Below, piece by piece: positions 56,443-64,000 of a DNA stretch of 64,000 bases (the stretch's first letter is position 1; each line of letters starts with the position of its first letter). The DNA lies in assembly GCA_973895155.1 (NCBI GenBank), contig OZ316896.1:7178780-7242779 (forward strand), written 5' to 3'. Source of the stretch: Marsupella aquatica (Eukaryota > Plantae > Marchantiophyta). The notes beneath the pieces are model-generated. The model worked only from the letters and a program-made list of their open reading frames with translations. It did not search any database and was not told the DNA's origin. The position numbers were made by a program, and so were the translations under genes.

Positions 56443-59400
56443 CGTTTTGAACAAGGAATAGTAAGAAAGACGTTTTAAGTGCTATCGGAGTAACTAGGTT
56501 TTAGGAACTTAAGTAGGTAGAATAGGAAAGATAGTGGAATGGAAGGTTACTGAGTTCTAAGCAAGTGACAAGGTACAAGAAAGGTCTTTATGATGGGGCA
56601 TACAACGTTCCGTCCTTATTTAGAATAGGCGACTATTCCGAGCCGGAGAAACAACCCGACACTTGAAGTCTTAGTTTTGGTTCAGATTTTTCCCATAGAT
56701 GCTAGGAGGTCCCTAGAGCACCCCTGAAAAGTTAGATGTCAAGTGGGATCTCAACCTAGGGTTTCCTTGTGTTTTGGTGCGACTTAAATTAACAAAATAG
56801 CGGGTCCCGGGAAAAATAGATGATGAGTAAATTTAGGAGTTCCAAGTTTGGAAGTGGGTTAAATATGGTCCACTCTATCCCTGGAAACTTGTGGTAGAAC
56901 CTGGGTATCTTTGGTTACTTTTTGGGAGCATCTCAAAGTTGAGAAGAATTTTGGAAAACATAATAATTAACCCACTTTACCTAATTTTATAACATCGGTG
57001 ATAAGGTTTTGTCTAGATATTAGTAAACCAGGACATAGTCCTATGTCTAGAGAATCTGTAGATCTACTTAGAAGTCATTTTGGACTCATGTGTGATTTGT
57101 GGGGGCATTCCAAAATAGCCATTCGAATCCAACAGAAAATGATGTCTGCTGCCATTCGAATCCAACAGAGAATGATGCACTTTCAGATTGAATTCAAGAG
57201 AGGAAAATGGCTGCAAAAATTGATGTCCTTATCAAATTCTTCATAAGAAACGTGAGTATAATGAAAGTACTCTCCCCTGGTGACACCTGGAATCTCCATA
57301 AGGGGCATGTAAGGTAAGTGTAATCGGGTCGCCGCTTACACCCGCTTTACACCAAAAACAGGCCTTGGGAGAATGGGCATAACTTTGGCTAGGGGTATCC
57401 GTTGTGGCCCAAAAAAATTTGTGCTGAGTTAGGGGAAGGTAAGGCACCCCTTGGTGAAGGTGGAAACCCAGAAAAAGAGTCACTCAAATATATTTTTAGC
57501 CGAGGCCATGAGGGGGTCCCGATAGCTTGCAAACCAAAGTCGGCATAGGGGAATGACTACCAAATTTAGGGGCTGACCTTTCTTGCACCCATACTACTTT
57601 AGTTAGGCTCTAGGGAAGGGTAATTACCTTTGTTCAAAGATGTAAGGCCATCATGTTAAGAAAAGTAAGTATAGGGGGTAGTTTAGTTTGGGTAGTTAGT
57701 AAAATAAGGTCATCTTTGACTAGGCACAACTTGAGACTCACTCACTCTTTTTGCGAGATTTCAAGTGGGTTGGGAAGCTGGTGAGGAGGACCATAAGTGG
57801 GAGCAGGTTTGGAGGTCAAATCATGCAACTCATGTGTGGCATATTCCAGGGCTTGGAAGGAGTCCAAACAATAGGTTGTAGGGTGGGCTACGAACTATAG
57901 AGTTGGACTTTGTGTGTTAGGAGGACTTGGGGGAGGAGTAGTTGGACCCCAGGTCAAGCTTGGTGTGGTGTGGAAGGAGAATAGTATATAAGGAGTAAGT
58001 TTTCATTTGTTAGGGATCGGGAGTCTCATCTCTTAAGTGGAATCTCTACCTTGCCAAGGTAGGGCTAAGCTTGAGAAGGGAGAGGTGGTCCATGCTTAGT
58101 GTGGAGAATGTGTAGTGAACTTTTGTTATAAAGGTGATGCAATAAAAGAAGACTTGTCAATCTTCATTGTGACCATTAAGTGTGAGTGTATTTGAAGTAT
58201 ATGAGAGCAAGAGAAGAGTCCATGCTATGATGTAATCTTGGTCTAAGCTTGAAGGGGATGTGCTAGTACAAAACCAAGGCCAAGGAGGCAAGGTTAAGGT
58301 AGAGCACTACTTTGAGACTTAGAAATGATTATAGCTTGAGGGTGGAAAGTATTTTTCTTGGTGTGTGGTGTTAACAAGAAGTAAGAACAAGAGGAAGAGT
58401 CCTTAGATAGAGGAGCCTTCTCTAGAGCTCAAAGGGGATGTGTGGACCCAAACCAAGGCCAGGGGGCAAGGTTGAGGGGTAACACTACTTTGAGGGTCTT
58501 GAGGAGACTTAAGCTTGAAGAGGAAAGTACTTTGGTTCTTGGGTGTTTGTGTGAGAATCTACTCTAAGGTGACAGCTTGGAGCGGAGATCCCCCTTGCTG
58601 ATCCTTGGAGTAGAGGAGAGGGGAAGGGTGTGAGTACAAAAGTAGTCAAGGGGACTACCTCTCTAGAAGTGGAGAGTTGAAACTACTTATGTATGGAGTG
58701 ATTAGACATTGTAGGCACATTTTAGAAGTTTTGTCAATCCTTTGTGACCCTGGTATGATATGGAGCAGGTATTAGGTAGTCTTTTGGGGAGAAAAGCCGC
58801 TTAAGCTCCTTGACAAGTGTTTGACATCCTGTCTAATCCTGATTTGGTTATAACCAGAGTATCCATCCATGAATGAGTATAGTTCATGACTAGCTACCAT
58901 GTCTAGTACCATATCAGTAAAGGGCAAGGGAAAATGGTCCTTCAACGTGGCCTCATTTAACTTCCTATAATCTTGACAAACCCGAATCTTGGGTTTACCA
59001 TCGGGTCCAGCTTTCTTGGGAACTATCACAATTGGAGACACCCAGTCTGAGTGTAGGACTGGAGTGATGAATCCGGCTTCCACTAGCTTGTTGATTTCAT
59101 CTTTGATCATCAGGGAATACTTAGGGTTCATCCTTCGAATTGGTTGTCGAAATGATTTGGCCCCTAACATGAGATCAATTTGGTGTTCTCCTAATTTTGG
59201 ATCTACTCCCTTCAGGTCTTGATAGCTCCATGCAAACACATCCTAAAATTCAATCAGTAATTCACTGATTTCTTTCTCAAGCTCAGGTGCTAGGTCCCGT
59301 CCCAAGTTTAGTTCCCTTCCTTCTCCTAAGTCGAGCTTTCGATATTGCCGTGCTTGGATCATATTAATCTGCTTCTTCAAATTCGGGTCCAGCTCAGTTT

Positions 59401-62191
59401 CCAGCCTCTCTAGTCTCATACCTTCATAAACTGGAATCTTGGTTGCACTAGCCGAGTAGGTTGACTTGATTTCTTCCTTGTTATCCGCAGACTGTTCCTT
59501 TGCCGGTCTATTTGGTTTTGAATTGGTGGTCGGCTTCCCTTCCTGACTCGGCTCTGGGTTGTTTTTGTGCATCTTCTCCATCCTTGCTTCTTGGGTTTCA
59601 GGCCGTTGTGCTCTTCCGGCTTCTAGTAGGGCCTCAATTTGTTCTGCCCTCGTGATCGGCTTGTACGCCGATCCCTTGGTATTTAATTTACTGCCGATGG
59701 TAGATGGCGTTGTGGATTCTGCCAGCTCTGCCACAACGCCTGAGGAAAATCCATTGTTTTCGGTGCCACTCCCCACTTAGCCGTTTCATCCAACTGGTCC
59801 ACCTCTTGTGCTTCCTCTGGAATTGAAGCTAGAAAGGTGTTTCTTCTTCACATTCTTCCAAGTCATCCTCCATAGGTTCTTGCCATAGTCCGCTGGGGGG
59901 TACTTCTGGTCCGAAGACACTTTCTTCGGTTAGGTCAGTGAGGCATTCTAGCCAACGTACCTCATTGGCTGACTCCAATCCACTGTCGTACCCGTCTACC
60001 TCCCTGATGCTTCTCCTATGGTCATCCTTGGTGTCCCAGGATACCGTGATAGAGGGGGTCCCAAAAGTGAACTCCTTCTTACCCCAATCCTCTATTACCT
60101 TGGCTAGGTACAGCCATGGCCTGCCAATCAATAGTCGGAACGACGTAGGGTTTACCGGCTTCATCACTACATAGTTAATGCTAAAGAAGATACCTCCTAT
60201 CTCTGTTTTGATGCCGGTTAACACTCCCGTGGGAATGACCTGATACCCATTTGCCATGTTCAACACTCTTCCAGTCATCTCCGGTGTTAGACCCCACCCT
60301 TTTGTTGTGGAATCAATCATAATACATACCCCTCATCCTCCATTGATGGGCACCCATAGTAATATTTCTCCTTGAATCATTAATGGTAATGCTGGGGCTC
60401 CTTGATCTTCTTCTATCATCAACACATTGGATCTGGTTGCTACCTTGGGTAATCTTGGCTTGCCGAGGATGGCCTTCCTTAACTATTTCCGAAAGTACGG
60501 GCTATTTTTCAACAGTTGACCTACTATTGCCGAGACTCTAGATTCTAGTACATCTTTAGCCACGTCATAGGGGACTATCGGCTTCTCTTCTGGCGGTGTC
60601 TCCATATTGGCTTCGGCCTGTTTTTTCACGCTAATTTCCATAGCCTTTGGATCCTCCTAAGCAAACAATGCTTTTGCTCGTTTCACATCCTTGGCTATGG
60701 CTTTGGTATTCTCCAGGGTTTCTAATTCTCGCAATTGTTCTTTAACACTAGCCATAATAGAGGGGTAGAACAACTTAGGGTGATCTCGATTGAAGTCGCT
60801 GTCCTATGAAGGATTGGGCTCATTGGTGGGCTCATGGCTTACCTGCATTGCTGGCGCCTTTCCTTCTCCTTCCGTTGATGTTGACGAAGAGTCGATCTTC
60901 TCTTCTTTAACCTTCCCTTTATTTTTGGCCAGCCCATCCCACCTTTCCTTCCTTCTGGTGGATCGAGTAGAGACTTGGTAGCAATTTATGATCCAAATCC
61001 TCTTCTGAGAATGTTGATAGGGCCTCGGCCTCATCATCAGATGGTCCGTTTGCCATCTGAGTTCAATATGGTTGATTTGAACTCCTCCTGGGGTAGTTCC
61101 TGGCGGCAAGACCTTGACTGGCAAGAGTTTATGATTTGCGGCTAGTCCTGCTAACCAAGTAGGACATTGTCCTAGCATGTGACCCTCCTATCGGCATCCC
61201 ATACATAGCTGAGCTGGTTGTCCATCACCTTGTTTGCGGGCATTCGGGCATTCTCTAGCAAAATGGCCAGGTTGACCACAATTATAGCATGCCGCAAATC
61301 TTTGTACATTCGGCCTAGGAGGTACTGACGGATTCTGAATAATCCGAGGATACATCTCTCCCGGATTGTTCCTTAATCCTGACCAGAGAGATGCAGGTTG
61401 GTTGGATAGGTCTCGTGCTCCAGTCTCACTGATGCCAAAAACACTATCAGCGGCATCCCCTAGAAAGTATTCTACTTCTCCTTGACACGGTCTGATCTCA
61501 GCTATATGCCGAACATGACTAGTAGTGAGTTTAGGACATGCACCTTTATGGTGTCCGGTTTTATAACATAAGGCACACCATACAAAGCTATCTTCCAGTA
61601 CTACTTTCTTCTTTGGCTTTACCTCTGCTATTATAGCCTTAAGTTGATCGGTAAGAGCCACAATGTTATCTGGCATTTTAGCCTCTAGCTTGACTTTGAA
61701 CTTCCCCCTCCTTCTGCCCTTCTTTTTCCTAGATTTCTCTTCTTTAGAACTAGAAGATGACTCACTCTTGCTACCTCCACTATCCGAGCTTGAGTTATCA
61801 CTTCTTGACTTCTTAGAATGTTTCTTTTTCTTATCTTTTTTCTTATGGGGTGATCCTTCCTCCGATGAGGAACTCTCAGATTTGAGCTATTTCTTTCGGC
61901 TTGTGATATCTGCATTAATATACAATTGAATATCTCTAATTGCCTCGGCTAAAGTCTCTGGGTTCTCCTTCCTAATTGCAAAGCTTATCTTTTGTGGCAA
62001 AGCATTCACCAACCATTGAAGTTGCATACCTTCAGATGCATTGGTCTTTGTACATCTTACCAGCTTTTGGAAGCGTTGCAAGAACTTCCTGAAGGATTTG
62101 TTCTCCTTGAACCAAAGTCGTCCCAACTTTAACACTGCTAGCTCTGAGGTTCCAATGGGTCAAAACTCCTTGACAAATAGTGTTTTGAAGG

Positions 62192-64000
62192 TGTGGTGCG
62201 TCCCATGGCTCCCTAAACCCAAGAAACCCCCCAGCTCAAGCCGATTCCCGCAGGTTTTGCGCTTGGCAAGGCCGTTTCCGCAGCTTAGCGGCATGGGACG
62301 CTGCTAACCTTCTACTACTACTATTAACACTTTACACACATATACTGGACAGATCCTTCATCGGGTCATGAGATACGTAGCCGGCCTAATCTAGGCCTTC
62401 CCTTGTCTTCCCCTCTGTCTTGTTAGGTATATTTGGATTCCGCCGCCGGAATGATCCCCAATAGGCTTGGTTAAGCCGCTAAGACCTCTCTCAGCTCGAC
62501 ACATCCAACTCTCACTTGCTACTTCCCTTCATTGATGTGGGCACTCTTCACACAAGTTAATGCGACACACAAATAGCAAAATGACTCCTCTGACTGAGTC
62601 ATACCATGCACTTGCCATACAAACAGTACATCTCATACACAAGCTCTGTGAACTAAGCCGTGAGGCCAACTCTATTCAGCTCTTAGGCATGAGGAAACAT
62701 GAATATACACAAGGGTCACTGTATGACTAACCGAGAGCTTCTCTTACTACTTGATCCCAGCCCGGCTGGTGCAAACTAAAAACTTGCTAAAGAAGAGGCC
62801 CTGAGCTCCCCGCTGCCCAGGTACTTATCCTGGTAGTGGATCCGCCTAATTCTTTGCAGCGTAAGCCTAATCTACCTAACAGTAATCTACTTGCCCGGAT
62901 CTACCTATGTACAGCAAGGCAGGAGCACAAGTGTTGCTCCTACCAATGGAACCGCAATCCCACTAAGCTAAGTGTCAGGGCCGCTCCTGGTCCTGATCCT
63001 AATCCTAAGCTTGGAGATCAGCGCCCGCCCTGCCCACTCACGCCTCCTCCCTCCACGTTCGCCCTTCCTAAAAGGAACGGCGCCCTTGCACCATCACGAC
63101 ACCGGTGGTGGATCCTCAATGGACGCCCCCAACGCTTCCTCCTCAGCCACTGCCGTAGGTCCGTTTTCTGACAGATTACCTGGCCTTGACTGAGTCAACT
63201 CTCCATCGGCCTGACTGGGTCCACCATCGGTGTCGGCATCGGCTCGGGAATCATTATCGGCTACGGCCTCAGCCTCGGCTACGGTCTCCCCGGCCTGCTC
63301 AAGAGGCGGATCTGGGATACCGGCCTCATTACTGAGTAGTTCTGCTTGGGCCGCACCATCCCCACCTTTGATGATAGCGGGATCTATTGCCGTGTTCATG
63401 CCGGAGGTTGGTGCTGGGTCTACCTCCTTGGTCACCACGGCCTGTGGAGTCGGATTACTCCTTGACCCTGAAGGTTTCCGCTTCTTCTTCTTTTCTGGTT
63501 CGGCAGCTGGTCCCTTCCCCTTCCCACTTACTTCCGGCACTGGTGCAGGTGGCGCGGCTTTTTCTTCGGCCAGTACCACTCCTGGTAACTTGGTTGCCCC
63601 AATTGGAGTTGGGCCTGATGAAGACAAGCACTTAAATACTGCGGCTTGTTTCTTCAGCCGCTCCGTTTGGTTGTCGGCCCGCCGCTGGAGGTTCTCCATC
63701 TTCCTCGTGATTTCCTCCAACTCCTCCTGGGTCTCATCCAGGTCCTTGCGCGCCTCCTCTAGTTCCTTCTGGGCTTCCTCCCGTTCTTTCTTCAAGGTAG
63801 CCCTCTCCTCCCGGGTTGCTCTTAGCTCTTTGTCGAGTTCTGCAATGATGACAGACTCCATCTGATTCATCTTGGCATAAGTCTGATCGAGCATCTCGTC
63901 CTTCTCCCTTAGGTCGGCCTTGAAGCTGGCCATCAGGGACGCAAGCTCCTGCTGCAGCGCCATAATCCCTTGATAGGATTTTCCTAACTCGGCCTCCTTC
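62192..64000 (-). repeat. Family B LTR (3' part; continues beyond the window)
   Basis: Reverse complement of ~15530-17320; ends GACGCACCACA at 62192 with no PBS. Confidence 0.92.
63094..64000 (-). CDS. C-terminal part of the family B LTR-encoded protein (open as far as visible)
   Basis: MALQQELASL...SIEDPPPVS matches the B1 C-terminus. Confidence 0.75.
   Translation of the reverse strand, partial: KEAELGKSYQGIMALQQELASLMASFKADLREKDEMLDQTYAKMNQMESVIIAELDKELRATREERATLKKEREEAQKELEEARKDLDETQEELEEITRKMENLQRRADNQTERLKKQAAVFKCLSSSGPTPIGATKLPGVVLAEEKAAPPAPVPEVSGKGKGPAAEPEKKKKRKPSGSRSNPTPQAVVTKEVDPAPTSGMNTAIDPAIIKGGDGAAQAELLSNEAGIPDPPLEQAGETVAEAEAVADNDSRADADTDGGPSQADGELTQSRPGNLSENGPTAVAEEEALGASIEDPPPVS

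Larger units (their letters stand above)
52390..58826 (+). mobile_element. Family A solo LTR A3, with C2 nested inside
   Basis: TGTGGAATGG...GTTTGACA; TSD TCCTA/TCCTG (one mismatch); inserted in the B4 RT. Confidence 0.9.
51783..62191 (-). pseudogene. gag-pol: Family B internal region B4: degraded gag-PR-RT-partial RNase H, split by solo LTR A3
   Basis: Pieces at 58827-62191 and 51783-52389 are homologous to 24276-27350; three CCHC knuckles. Confidence 0.9.

Overview
Gene-free, eukaryotic (plant-type) heterochromatin made almost entirely of nested Ty3/gypsy non-chromovirus LTR retrotransposons (Athila/Tat-like tRNA-Asp and tRNA-Asn primer sites) plus a young RTE-X-like LINE family with (CATTAC)n tails. 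Family labels A-F are mine. Family A has one very young intact element (1-12177, minus strand, 3.2-kb LTRs, single gag-pol ORF) and two solo LTRs. The main observation is that three other families (B, C, D) carry a long, mutually homologous protein-coding gene INSIDE the LTR. In family B the 4.64-kb LTR is bounded by a PPT, a PBS and TSDs and holds an intact ~1115-aa ORF. Family C occurs as two 4.0-kb TG...CA solo-LTR-like units, each with a TATA box and a decayed ~885-aa homologue. Family D holds a third decayed homologue. All coordinates, alignments and domain calls were made by eye; no database search was run.
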